Below, piece after piece: positions 9,543-18,819 of a stretch of 50,891 nucleotides of DNA. The position numbers were made by a program, and so were the translations under genes. This stretch comes from Actinomycetota bacterium. GTDB taxonomy: Bacteria; Actinomycetota; Acidimicrobiia; IMCC26256; VFJJ01. The notes beneath the pieces were generated by a model that had not been told where the DNA came from, made no database searches, and was given only the letters and a program-made list of their open reading frames with translations. The DNA lies in contig VFJJ01000187.1 in assembly GCA_009886115.1 (NCBI GenBank), positions 1 to 50,891 on the forward strand, read 5' to 3'. Position 1 is the stretch's first letter; each line of letters begins with the position of its first letter.

Positions 9543-10571
9543 ATGACGGAGACCGTCCCGCCCCATCGTCCTATCGACCCAGCGGAGGCCGAGCAGCGCG
9601 CCACGTTCGCTGTGCGCACCTTCGCCCAGCGCCCGATGGTCGCCGATCTCGAGGCGCTCCGACGCTGGCAACCCGACGTGGCCATCATCGGCGCGCCGTA
9701 CGACCTGGCCGTCACGAACCGGCCCGGCGCCCGCTTCGGGCCGAGCGGGGTGCGCAACCAGTCGTACTTCAGCGGCACCTACCACCTCTCGTGGGGCATC
9801 GACGTGTTCGAGTGGCTCGAGGTCGTCGACGGGGGCGACGTGTGGATACCCCACGGCCAGCCCGAGCGGGCCCACGCCAACATCCGCCAACGCGTGCGTG
9901 AGATCGCCGGGCTGGGCATCGTCCCGATCATCGTGGGCGGCGACCACTCGATCGCCTGGCCCAACGGGACGGGCGTCGCCGACGTGCACGGGTACGGCCG
10001 GATCGGCATGGTGCACTTCGACGCCCACGCCGACACGGCCGACACCATCGAGGGCAACCTGGCGTCGCACGGTACGCCGATGCGCCGGCTCATCGAGTCG
10101 GGCGCCGTCCCTCCGCGGAACTTCGTGCAGATCGGGCTGCGCTCGCACTGGCCCGAGGCCGACACGTGGGACTGGATGCACGAGCAGGGTCTCCGCTGGT
10201 TCCTCATGGACGCGGTCGTCGAACGTGGACTCCCGGCGATCGTCGAGGAGGCCATCGCCATCGCCACCGACGGCTGCGACCTCGTGTACCTCTCGATCGA
10301 CATCGACTCCCTCGACCCGGCCTTCGCCCCGGGAACCGGCACTCCCGAGGTGGGCGGGCTCACGACGGCAGAGCTGTTGCGGGCCGTCCGCCGGGTCGTG
10401 AGCGCCACGAACGTCGTGTGCATGGACATCTGCGAGGTCTCGCCGCCGTACGACCACGCCGACCTCACCGTCAACGCCGCCCATCACCTCATCATGGAGG
10501 CGTTGGCAGCCATGGCGGCCAAGAAGCGGACCGCCGCGGGCGTCTCGCCGGGCCCGCCCCAGCACGCCTGA
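9543..10571 (+). CDS. speB: Agmatinase / ureohydrolase family
   Basis: RPGARFGP, GGDHS, DAHAD, SHGT, DIDSLDPAFAPGTGTP Mn-binding motifs. Exact substrate (agmatine vs guanidinobutyrate) cannot be determined. Confidence 0.85.
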   Translation: MTETVPPHRPIDPAEAEQRATFAVRTFAQRPMVADLEALRRWQPDVAIIGAPYDLAVTNRPGARFGPSGVRNQSYFSGTYHLSWGIDVFEWLEVVDGGDVWIPHGQPERAHANIRQRVREIAGLGIVPIIVGGDHSIAWPNGTGVADVHGYGRIGMVHFDAHADTADTIEGNLASHGTPMRRLIESGAVPPRNFVQIGLRSHWPEADTWDWMHEQGLRWFLMDAVVERGLPAIVEEAIAIATDGCDLVYLSIDIDSLDPAFAPGTGTPEVGGLTTAELLRAVRRVVSATNVVCMDICEVSPPYDHADLTVNAAHHLIMEALAAMAAKKRTAAGVSPGPPQHA

Positions 10572-10576
10572 ATCGG

Positions 10577-10592
10577 CGCGCGGGCCCGCGCG
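10577..10592. terminator. GC palindrome just after the agmatinase stop
   Basis: CGCGCGGGCCCGCGCG perfect palindrome; no U-tract. Confidence 0.3.
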
Positions 10593-10702
10593 ACCGCCAA
10601 CGGCTGCTCGTCGCATGCTCACGCAAACCCTGTGACCACAGGCACGACGAATGCGAGGCGACAGTGGCGAGCCCGGAGGGAGGCCGCAGGCACGATTTCA
10701 GG

Positions 10703-10721
10703 TACAATCAGCTGACTGAAT
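10703..10721 (+). promoter_or_regulatory. -10 box (TACAAT) overlapped by candidate operator AATCA-N6-TGAAT
   Basis: TACAAT at 10703-10708; AATCAGCTGACTGAAT at 10706-10721; the same core occurs at 13385 and 18653. Confidence 0.55.
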
Positions 10722-10790
10722 GCCGGGGACGAGTCCCGGGCGCCAGGCCACGGAGTCCGACGACACGAGAGTCACCCAGGAGGATCGGCC

Positions 10791-11978
10791 TTGAGGCTCG
10801 ACTACGCCATCACCGACTGCGATACGCATTGCTACGAACCACGCGATGCCTTCACGAGGTATCTCCCATCGGCATACCTCGACCGCACTGTGACCACCTT
10901 TGTCGACGCGAGCGGGTTCGAGCGGATCTTGACGGGCAGCCGGGTCGCCACGTTCGTCTCGGAGGCCGGCCTGGGCTTCGACCAGGCCTATCGCCCGGGC
11001 ACGTTGAAGGAGATGCTCAGGCAGATGGGCTCGGGCAATCCCGAGGAGGCCTACCAGCCCGAACCCATGCGCCCGGAGTACCTGCGACGCGAGCCGCGGG
11101 AGGCTCTGCTGCGCCAGCAGGGCGTCGACCGGTGCGTGCTCTACCCGGCCAGCATGGCGCTGTCGGCCGAGCACTACCTCGACGACACCGACGCGCTCTA
11201 CGTGAACCTCCAGTCGTTCAACCGCTGGTACAACGAGGAGTGGGGCTTCAACCGTGACGGCCTCATCTACGCGACGGCGGTGCTCTCGTTGCGCGACCTC
11301 GATCGCGGTGTCGCGCTGGCCGACGAGATCATCGCCGCGGGCGCCCAGTTCGTGCTGCTCCCCACCGGCCCGGCCTACGGGCGCTCACCGGGAGACCCCT
11401 ATTTCGACCCGATCTGGTCGCGGTTGAACGAGGCCGGCGTCACCATTGCCTTTCACATCATGCCCTTCTGGTACTTCGATGCGTTGTCGCCGGCATGGGG
11501 ACACGCCAACGACCCGGCGTCGTGGCACATGGCGGCGTGGCAGTGGATGAACGTGTATGGCGAACGTCCGATCATGGACACCATCTCGGCCCTGATCTTC
11601 GACAACCTCTTCAATCGCTTCCCCAACCTCAACTGCCTCGTCTCCGAGCACGGCGCCAGCTGGATCCCCCACATGCTCGAGCTCATGGACAAGAGCCGAG
11701 GCATGGGGCGCAACGGGCCCTGGATCGGCGGGAAGCTCACCGAACGTCCGAGCGCGATCTTCAAGGAGCGCGTGCGGGTCACGCCCTATCCCGAGGACGA
11801 CGTGGCGGCGCTCATCGACCGGCTGGGCGGCGATTCGTCGTGCCTCGTGCTGGGCTCCGACTTCCCGCACGCCGAAGGAGTGGCCGAGCCGGCCGACTTC
11901 ATCGACGGTCTCCGGTCGCTCGACGACGTCACGACCCGGGGCATCGTCTCCACCAACGCCGCCAAGCTGTTCGAGTAG
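10791..11978 (+). CDS. Amidohydrolase family protein (Amidohydro_2)
   Basis: DCDTH metal motif, DPYFDPIWS, FH, SEHG, GSDFPHAEG; TTG start after AGGAGG. Confidence 0.9.
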   Translation: MRLDYAITDCDTHCYEPRDAFTRYLPSAYLDRTVTTFVDASGFERILTGSRVATFVSEAGLGFDQAYRPGTLKEMLRQMGSGNPEEAYQPEPMRPEYLRREPREALLRQQGVDRCVLYPASMALSAEHYLDDTDALYVNLQSFNRWYNEEWGFNRDGLIYATAVLSLRDLDRGVALADEIIAAGAQFVLLPTGPAYGRSPGDPYFDPIWSRLNEAGVTIAFHIMPFWYFDALSPAWGHANDPASWHMAAWQWMNVYGERPIMDTISALIFDNLFNRFPNLNCLVSEHGASWIPHMLELMDKSRGMGRNGPWIGGKLTERPSAIFKERVRVTPYPEDDVAALIDRLGGDSSCLVLGSDFPHAEGVAEPADFIDGLRSLDDVTTRGIVSTNAAKLFE

Positions 11979-12055
11979 CCGAGGTTCGACGGGCACGTGT
12001 CGCCCACCGGCGAGCGACACGGCCAGCGAGCGGGCGGCGTCTGGCGGACGAGCGG

Positions 12056-12442
12056 TCAACCGGTTCGCCGCCGGAGCCGGTGGAAGCCCACCGCGATCAC
12101 GCCGTCGTCGTGGCCGTGGTCGACCAGCTCGGTGCGCACGAGCAGGGTGTCGCCGTCGCAAGCGCCGTCGACGGCCAGCGCGCCCGGGTCGTGAGCGTTG
12201 CCCGGGCCGAGAGGGTCGCCAGTTTCGGCGATGCTCGACGACGCCAGGTCGAGCGCGGTCGCTTCCAGCGTGACCAGGATGGGGCCGTGGTGCAGCGTGT
12301 CGATACCGATACGTGACGAGAGACCGGCGATCTCGTAGCCCGCGGCGACCCCTGACGTGGTCATGACCTGGTCGTGACGAGCGCGGCGACGAGCGCGGTA
12401 CGTCCGTGAAGGGTCAGGCCCGTCATCTCGGTCGACAACCAC
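12056..12442 (-). pseudogene. Probable remnant of a hotdog-fold/thioesterase-like protein
   Basis: TLHHGPILVTLEATA resembles the HG(G/P)…E helix motif of PaaI/hotdog proteins; the N-terminus looks non-protein-like. Confidence 0.35.
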
Positions 12443-12518
12443 ATCGGGTCATCTCGACCGGGGCCTGTAACTGTCCGACACAATCATCCCAGCAGATCAA
12501 CTGATCCCGATCAGATGC

Positions 12519-13250
12519 TCAGCTGAATGCGTCGACGATCGTGCCGCCCGTCTCCCCGAGGATGTTGCCGGCGGCCCGGAGGTGGGCGAGCCACAACGCT
12601 TCGGCGTCGTCGGCGGCGCCGACGCGGATCAGCTCGACGAGCTTGCGTCGGGTGCGTTCGGCCTTGCGGGCCAGGCGTTCGTCGCCCGGGTGGGGGACGC
12701 GTGTGTAGGCCCGGGTGACGGCCCGGGTGATGTGCTCGAGCATCGCCGTCAACAGGATCAGCGCTTCGTTCTCGGTGAGCTGCACGAGCAGAGCGTTGAA
12801 CTCGCCGAACCGCTCGGGCTCGGCGACGGTGTCGTAGCTGTCGAGCCAGGTCCCGAGCTTGTCGGCGCTGGCGATCCGGTCCCGCCGACTGGCCACCCAC
12901 CGGGCCGCGGGGGCCTCGACGATGGCACGCACCTCGACGACGTCGGCGATCGTGCAGCCCCGGTGCTGGAGCACGAGCGAGGCGTACCGGGCCGCGGCTT
13001 CGTGTGACGGGACCTGTACGCGCGCTCCACCCCGAGCGCCGCGCCGAACCGTGATCAGCCCCTCGGACTCGAGGATCCGGAAGGCCTCGCGCAGGGTCGG
13101 CCGGGAGATGGAGAACTCCGCCATCAGCGTCGTCTCGGGAGGAAGCGCGGCGCCCTCGCCCAGGTCGCCATGAACGATCTGGCGGCGGATCTGCTGCGCG
13201 ACGAGCTCAGCCGCTTTGGGCACTCGCACTTCGACCCGCTCGAGGCTCAT
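12519..13250 (-). CDS. GntR/FadR family transcriptional regulator
   Basis: LPPETTLMAEFSISRPTLREAFRILESEGLITVRRGARGG wHTH followed by an FCD-like C-domain. Confidence 0.93.
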   Translation of the reverse strand: MSLERVEVRVPKAAELVAQQIRRQIVHGDLGEGAALPPETTLMAEFSISRPTLREAFRILESEGLITVRRGARGGARVQVPSHEAAARYASLVLQHRGCTIADVVEVRAIVEAPAARWVASRRDRIASADKLGTWLDSYDTVAEPERFGEFNALLVQLTENEALILLTAMLEHITRAVTRAYTRVPHPGDERLARKAERTRRKLVELIRVGAADDAEALWLAHLRAAGNILGETGGTIVDAFS

Positions 13251-13384
13251 CGGTCGGCCTGTCGTTCACCTGAGGTACGTGGCACGTATGAATCAGTGCA
13301 ACGAACTTACCTTGTCGCTACTCCAGTCAGGGATGATGGTCAGGCCCCGACACCTCGGCAGGCCCCTCGTGCTGCCGCTCGATC

Positions 13385-13409
13385 AATCAGCTAACCTTGT
13401 CAGCGGATT
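13385..13409. promoter_or_regulatory. Inverted repeat (candidate GntR operator) in the divergent promoter
   Basis: AATCAGCTAAC-CTT-GTCAGCGGATT (9/11 symmetric); contains a TAACCT -10-like hexamer at 13392-13397. Confidence 0.55.
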
Positions 13410-13443
13410 ATTGCCTGCGAACGAGGTAGGGAGAGGGGCCGGG

Positions 13444-14598
13444 ATGTTCAAGCTCTTCAGCGTCGACGACCACATCGTCGAGCCGGCCGATGTATGGAGC
13501 AGTCGGGTTCCCGCAGCGATGCGCGATCGGGCCCCCCACGTCGTGGAGGCCGACGGCCGCGAGATGTGGGTCTGGGAGGGCGGCCGGGAGCTCACGATGG
13601 GCCTCAACGCGGTGGCGGGTACGCCGATCGAGACCTGGGGGGTCGAGCCCGTGCGCTTCTCCGACATGATCCCCGGGTGCTACGACCCCACGGCCCGGGC
13701 TCAGGACTTCCTGTCGAACGGGATCTTCGCCAGCGTCGCCTTCCCGACGCTGCCCGGGTTCGCCGGCCGGAAGTTCATGACGTTCGGGGACAAGGATCTC
13801 GCCCTGGCCTGCGTGCAAGCCTGGAACGACTTCCTGATCGACGAGTGGTGCGCAGCCGCTCCCGAGATGTTCGTCCCCATGGTGATCGCCCCGGTGTGGG
13901 ACGTCGACCTCGCGGTGACCGAGACGTTGCGCTGCCTCGCCAAGGGGGCCAAGGCGTTGTGCTGGCTGGAAGACCCGGCCAACATCGGGCTCCCCGGATA
14001 TCACGGGCCGTACTGGGAACCGCTGTTCGCGCTGTGCGAGGAGGCCGGCCTGCCCATCTGCATGCACATCGGCGGCGCGCTGCCGACGGTGTCGTTGGAG
14101 GGCACGGTTCCGATGGTCGAGATCGCCGCAGCGTTCGCGCACGCCGCCCGGTCGTCGGTGAACATGATGGTGAGCCCCATCCCCCGCAAGTACCCGGGGC
14201 TCAAGCTCGTCTGGTCAGAAGGTGGTATCGGCTGGATCACCGCCGCGCTCGAGCGGGCCGATCGGCAGTGGCTGCGCCACCAGCACTGGACCAAGGTTCC
14301 CCAGGCCGAGGTGCTGCCATCCGAGGTTGCCCGGCGGAACATGTGGTTCTGCATGATCGAGGAACCGATCGGTCTGAGCTACCGCCACGACTTCGAGGTG
14401 GGGCACATCCTGTTCGAGTCTGACTACCCGCACGCCGACAAGCCGTTCCCGAACACGCAGGCCGCGTGCGCGACGCTGTTCGACGGTGTGCCGCAGGCCG
14501 AGGTCGACCTGATCACCCACGGCAATGCCGAGACGCTGTTCAACTTCGCGTTGTCGCCGCGGCTGATTGCCGAGCACACCGCTGCTCTCACCCCATGA
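13444..14598 (+). CDS. Amidohydrolase family protein (Amidohydro_2)
   Basis: SVDDH, AWNDFLIDEW, CMHIG, SEGGIGW, ESDYPH; ATG 13444 after GGAGAGG. Confidence 0.9.
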   Translation: MFKLFSVDDHIVEPADVWSSRVPAAMRDRAPHVVEADGREMWVWEGGRELTMGLNAVAGTPIETWGVEPVRFSDMIPGCYDPTARAQDFLSNGIFASVAFPTLPGFAGRKFMTFGDKDLALACVQAWNDFLIDEWCAAAPEMFVPMVIAPVWDVDLAVTETLRCLAKGAKALCWLEDPANIGLPGYHGPYWEPLFALCEEAGLPICMHIGGALPTVSLEGTVPMVEIAAAFAHAARSSVNMMVSPIPRKYPGLKLVWSEGGIGWITAALERADRQWLRHQHWTKVPQAEVLPSEVARRNMWFCMIEEPIGLSYRHDFEVGHILFESDYPHADKPFPNTQAACATLFDGVPQAEVDLITHGNAETLFNFALSPRLIAEHTAALTP

Positions 14599-14681
14599 CC
14601 GGACTCATCGGCGGACCAGGCACGCCCGAGACCGGACGGGCAAGTGACTTCGCTCACCGCACGACCGGGCTGACCCGATGA
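14595..14681 (+). other. 28-codon mini-ORF coupled by ATGA overlaps at both ends
   Basis: ATG 14595 overlaps TGA 14596-14598; its own TGA 14679-14681 overlaps ATG 14678. Peptide: MTGLIGGPGTPETGRASDFAHRTTGLTR. Confidence 0.4.
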
Positions 14682-17245
14682 CCGGGCCGCTGCTGGGAGA
14701 GAACGTCGTCGATCTCTCCACGGGGATCGCCGGGGCCTATTGCACCAAGGTTCTGGCCGACGGCGGCGCCGACGTCGTGAAGGTCGAAGCGCCAGGCGGC
14801 GATCTGCTCCGGCGCTTTTCGGCCAGTGGCGCCACCATTCCCCCCGACGACGACGGCGCGCTGTTCCAGTATCTCGCCGGCGGCAAACGCAGCGTCGTGG
14901 CCGATCCGGCCTCGACCGTCGACCGCACGCTCGTGGCCGATCTCGTGCGGGCGGCCGACGGCGTGGTGTGGTCGCCCGGTTCGCCCTTGGCCGAGCATCC
15001 CGAGCTGTCGCCTGACGCGTTGCGGCGACTGGCCCCGCAGGCGACCGTCGTCGCGGTGACATCCTTCGGACTCCACACGCCCTGGTCGGATCGTCCTGCG
15101 ACCGAGGCCACCCTGCAGGCCATGTGTGGCAGCGCCGGCCAGCGGGGCACGATCGAGACTCCGCCGCTCATCGTGGGTGGTCGCCTCGGCGACTACGAGG
15201 CGGGGATGCTCGCCGCCGTCTCGTACCTGATCTCGCGTCATCGGCGTGTTCGTCGTGGTAGGGGCGCCACGAACGAGCCCGGCCAGCTCGGTGGTCCCGG
15301 CGAGCTGGTCGACGTGTCGGCCCTCGAAGCGCAGTGCCTGACGAACGTGATGTATCCCATCACGTTCACCTCGATCGCTGGTTTCCCCATGCGGCCCGTG
15401 CGCATGACCAACCTGCCGGGGATCCATCCGAGCGCGGACGGCTTCATCGGGTTCATGGTGGTGACGGGCCAGCAATGGCTCGACTTCTGCGCCATGGTCG
15501 AACGACCCGACTGGGCCGAGGACGAAGCGCTCTTTCGCATGACGACAAGGGCCGAGCGTCGGGCCGAGCTGGTGGGCCACATCGACCGTTGGACGGGCCA
15601 GCGCACATCCGAGGAGATCACCGACTTCGCCAACGGGTTGCGCATCCCGGTGGCCGTCCTCGGGAACGGTGCGACGCTGCCCGACGCAGCCCAGTTCCAC
15701 GAGCACCACTGGTACGTGCGCAACCCGCGGAGTGGATTCCTCCAACCCGACGTGCCGTACACGTTCGGGGCCGGGTCGGGAACCAGCCGCAGGGCGCCGG
15801 CAGCGGCACCCCGACTGGGCGAGCACACCGCGTCCGTCGCGGACGCGCTTCGTGCCAGCGCACGTCGCCCGCATTCGCCGAGTCCCGAGCCCCAGCCCGA
15901 CCAGCCGGAGCCGCCGTTCGATGCGTCGCGGCCAGGCCCGCCACCGGGTCGGGCTGGCCACGAGCCCGCCGAAACCGGGGGGCGACCGTTCGACGGGCTG
16001 CGCGTGCTCGACTTCTGCAACAACTGGGCCGGACCCATCGTCGGGCACGTGATGGCGCTGTTCGGGGCCGACGTGATCAAGATCGAGTCGACGGTCAAGC
16101 CCGATCCCTTGCGCTTCAACACGATCAAGCCGCTCGACAGTGATCGGTACTGGGAGTGGTCGCCGCTCCAACACGGTCCCAACACGTCCAAGCGCGATCT
16201 CACGCTCGACATGGCCAGCCCCCAAGGGCGGGAACTTGCGCTCCGCCTCGTCGCCCAGAGCGATGTCATCGTGGAGAACTTCAGCCCTCGGGTGATGGAG
16301 CAGTGGGGGCTCACCGAGGAGGCCGTGCGGGCCGCCAACCCGGCTGCGGTGTTCCTTCGCGCCCCGGCCTACGGCCTGACCGGCCCGTGGCGAGATCGGG
16401 TGGGCTATGCCCAGACCATCGAGATGACAGCCGGGTTGGCCTGGGTCACCGGCCTGGCCGAGCTGGCACCCGAGATCCCCAACGGCCCGTGCGACCCCAT
16501 CGCCGGGCTCCACGCCACGACCGCCCTGTTGTTGGCGTTGGAGCACCGGCGCCGATCAGGTGACGGCATGGTGCTCGAGGTGCCCATGGTCGGGGGAGCG
16601 CTCAACGTCGCAGCCGAGCTGGTCATCGAGCACTCGGCCTACGGTGCGGTGCTCGGGCGTGACGGCAATCGCAGCCCGACGGCCGTGCCTCAGGGTGCCT
16701 ATCGCACGAGCGACGACGACCTGCCGTTCGGGCAGGGGCGCTGGGTGATCATCTCCGTCGTCGACGACGCCCGATGGGCGGCTCTGGTCGCTGCGCTGGG
16801 TGAGCCGACGTGGGCGACCGATCCCGAGCTGGGCACGGCCGCCGGCCGCCGAGCTGCACACGACGTCATCGACGAGCACCTCGCGAACTGGTGCCGGGAG
16901 CGTTCGGCCGGGGATGTCGAGGCGCTGCTGCTGCCGGCTGGCATCGCCGTTGCCAAGGTGCGATTGCCGCACGAGCAAACCGAGCTCGAACCCTTGGTGG
17001 CCCGATCGTTCTTCACGACGCTGGAGCATCCGGTGACGGGCGCCACCGTCCACGGCGGGTTCCCGGCGCTGTTCTCGGCCGGGCCCGACCCGGCCGCGCT
17101 CCATCGGGGTCCGCCGCCGACGTTGGGCCAGCACAACCATGAGATCCTCGGCGGCCTCCTCGGGCTCGACGCCGACGAGATCGCCCGCCTCGAATCGGCC
17201 GGGGTGATCGGCACCCGGGTCGGCGGCGGGTCGACAGCCTGGTGA
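14678..17245 (+). CDS. Class III (CaiB/BaiF) CoA-transferase, tandem two-domain fusion
   Basis: Two copies of the family N-motif (VVDLSTGIAGAY…GADVVKVE; VLDFCNNWAGP…GADVIKIE); catalytic Asp in both (GDYEAG, CDPIAG). Confidence 0.92.
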   Translation: MTGPLLGENVVDLSTGIAGAYCTKVLADGGADVVKVEAPGGDLLRRFSASGATIPPDDDGALFQYLAGGKRSVVADPASTVDRTLVADLVRAADGVVWSPGSPLAEHPELSPDALRRLAPQATVVAVTSFGLHTPWSDRPATEATLQAMCGSAGQRGTIETPPLIVGGRLGDYEAGMLAAVSYLISRHRRVRRGRGATNEPGQLGGPGELVDVSALEAQCLTNVMYPITFTSIAGFPMRPVRMTNLPGIHPSADGFIGFMVVTGQQWLDFCAMVERPDWAEDEALFRMTTRAERRAELVGHIDRWTGQRTSEEITDFANGLRIPVAVLGNGATLPDAAQFHEHHWYVRNPRSGFLQPDVPYTFGAGSGTSRRAPAAAPRLGEHTASVADALRASARRPHSPSPEPQPDQPEPPFDASRPGPPPGRAGHEPAETGGRPFDGLRVLDFCNNWAGPIVGHVMALFGADVIKIESTVKPDPLRFNTIKPLDSDRYWEWSPLQHGPNTSKRDLTLDMASPQGRELALRLVAQSDVIVENFSPRVMEQWGLTEEAVRAANPAAVFLRAPAYGLTGPWRDRVGYAQTIEMTAGLAWVTGLAELAPEIPNGPCDPIAGLHATTALLLALEHRRRSGDGMVLEVPMVGGALNVAAELVIEHSAYGAVLGRDGNRSPTAVPQGAYRTSDDDLPFGQGRWVIISVVDDARWAALVAALGEPTWATDPELGTAAGRRAAHDVIDEHLANWCRERSAGDVEALLLPAGIAVAKVRLPHEQTELEPLVARSFFTTLEHPVTGATVHGGFPALFSAGPDPAALHRGPPPTLGQHNHEILGGLLGLDADEIARLESAGVIGTRVGGGSTAW

Positions 17246-17265
17246 CGTCGTGACGAGGCGGGCGC

Positions 17266-18516
17266 ATGAGTGAGTTGCTGGCTGGGATACGGGTGATCGA
17301 GTCGGCCATGCTGTTCAACGGAGACACCGTCGGCGCGCACCTCGGCGATCTCGGCGCCGACGTCATCAAGGTCGAACAGCCGACACGAGGCGATTACCTA
17401 CGCCATTTCCTCGGCCAGTTGGTTCCCGGCCACAGCCCGGCCCATGTGCAGATCAATCGGAACAAGCGCAGCGTCACCATCGACCTCCGTTCCGAGCAGG
17501 GCCGTGAGGTGTTCTGGCGCTTGCACGCCACCGCCGACGTGTTCGTCGACGGCAACGCAGCCGACGCCTGCACCCAACTCGGGATCGGCTACGACGACCA
17601 GCGCCGCCGCAAGCCCGACATCGTCTACTGCCAATACACCGGCTATGGCGCGACCGGGCCCTACGCAGCGATCCCCACGCACGGCCAGATGATGGACGCG
17701 TTGGCCGGGGCATATCCGATGGAGATGGGCGCAGACGGCGAGCTCCATCCAGTTCCGCCCGTCGGCCCCATGCGGGGAGTCGACACTGGCGGCGAGGGAA
17801 CGGCCGCGGGAGCGATCCATGCGGCGTTCCACATCGCGGCGGCGTTGGTGCAGCGAGCGCACACCGGCGCCGGGTGCTACATCGACATATCGGGTACTGA
17901 AGGGGTCATCTCCCAGGCTTGGATCGCTGCCACGTACGCGCTCAACGAGCACCGCATCACCGATTTCACCACGATGCCGGCCACCGTCGACGGCGTCATG
18001 ACCGGCGCCACCTACCAGTACTACGAGTGCTCAGACGGCAACGTCGTCTTGTTCTGCTGCATCGAGCCGAAGTTCTGGCGGAACTTCTGTCGCGCGGTAG
18101 GGCGCGACGACCTGATCGCCATCCATGCCGGTGGTCGCGAAGGCGGTAACCCCGTCGATTTCGGTGTCGGCGAGACGGCGCTGCGCACGGAGCTGCAGGC
18201 GATCATCGGAGCGCTACCGCTCGCGCACTGGGTCGGCGTCGCCGCCGAGCACGACATCCCCATGGGTCCGGCGTACCGGTCGGTGCTGGAAGCCGCGGCC
18301 GACCCGCATCTCGTGGCCCGCGGCACCCTGCACACCGCCGTGCATCCGCAGGCCGGCGAGTACACGTTCGTCAAGGAAGCGGGGATCGTCGCCGGCCAGC
18401 CCTACCGCATCCGCCACCACGCACCCACTCTGGGCCAGCACACCGGCGAGGTGCTGGCGGAGCTGGGCTACACCCCCACCGAGATCGCGACCCTGGCTGG
18501 CCTCCGCGCGATCTGA
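17266..18516 (+). CDS. Class III (CaiB/BaiF) CoA-transferase family protein
   Basis: LAGIRVIE, LGDLGADVIKVE, NRNKRSVTIDL, GYGATGPY, APTLGQHT. Confidence 0.9.
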   Translation: MSELLAGIRVIESAMLFNGDTVGAHLGDLGADVIKVEQPTRGDYLRHFLGQLVPGHSPAHVQINRNKRSVTIDLRSEQGREVFWRLHATADVFVDGNAADACTQLGIGYDDQRRRKPDIVYCQYTGYGATGPYAAIPTHGQMMDALAGAYPMEMGADGELHPVPPVGPMRGVDTGGEGTAAGAIHAAFHIAAALVQRAHTGAGCYIDISGTEGVISQAWIAATYALNEHRITDFTTMPATVDGVMTGATYQYYECSDGNVVLFCCIEPKFWRNFCRAVGRDDLIAIHAGGREGGNPVDFGVGETALRTELQAIIGALPLAHWVGVAAEHDIPMGPAYRSVLEAAADPHLVARGTLHTAVHPQAGEYTFVKEAGIVAGQPYRIRHHAPTLGQHTGEVLAELGYTPTEIATLAGLRAI

Positions 18517-18650
18517 CGGCCACCAGCCTCGGGCCGTGCTCAGGGCCGGCGGACGGGCTCATCATCGCCTCCGGGACGGGAACGTCGCCCGCTCCCGCTC
18601 GAGCACGTTCAGACCACTGCGGCTCCCCGCCTGACCCTTTACGAGCCTTC

Positions 18651-18670
18651 CGAATCAGCTAGATGATTCG
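18651..18670. promoter_or_regulatory. Palindromic candidate operator upstream of the SDR remnant
   Basis: CGAATCA-GCTAGA-TGATTCG with perfect 7-bp arms; TATCGT -10 at 18674-18679, ATG at 18687. Confidence 0.6.
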
Positions 18671-18686
18671 AGTTATCGTAGCGACG

Positions 18687-18790
18687 ATGGTTACCGGGAG
18701 CAGCCTGGCCGGCCGGGTGGCCGTGGTGACCGGAGCCGGTCGCGGGATCGGTCGGGCGCACGCCGTCACCCTGGCCGAGCGCGGCGCCGG
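18687..18790 (+). pseudogene. Truncated short-chain dehydrogenase (SDR), Rossmann N-terminus only
   Basis: MVTGSSLAGRVAVVTGAGRGIGRAHAVTLAERGA; similarity then ends and the frame runs antisense into the DJ-1 gene (stop at 18890). Confidence 0.75.
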
Positions 18791-18819
18791 GGAGTTGACG
18801 CCCGTGCACCGGGCGCCCG

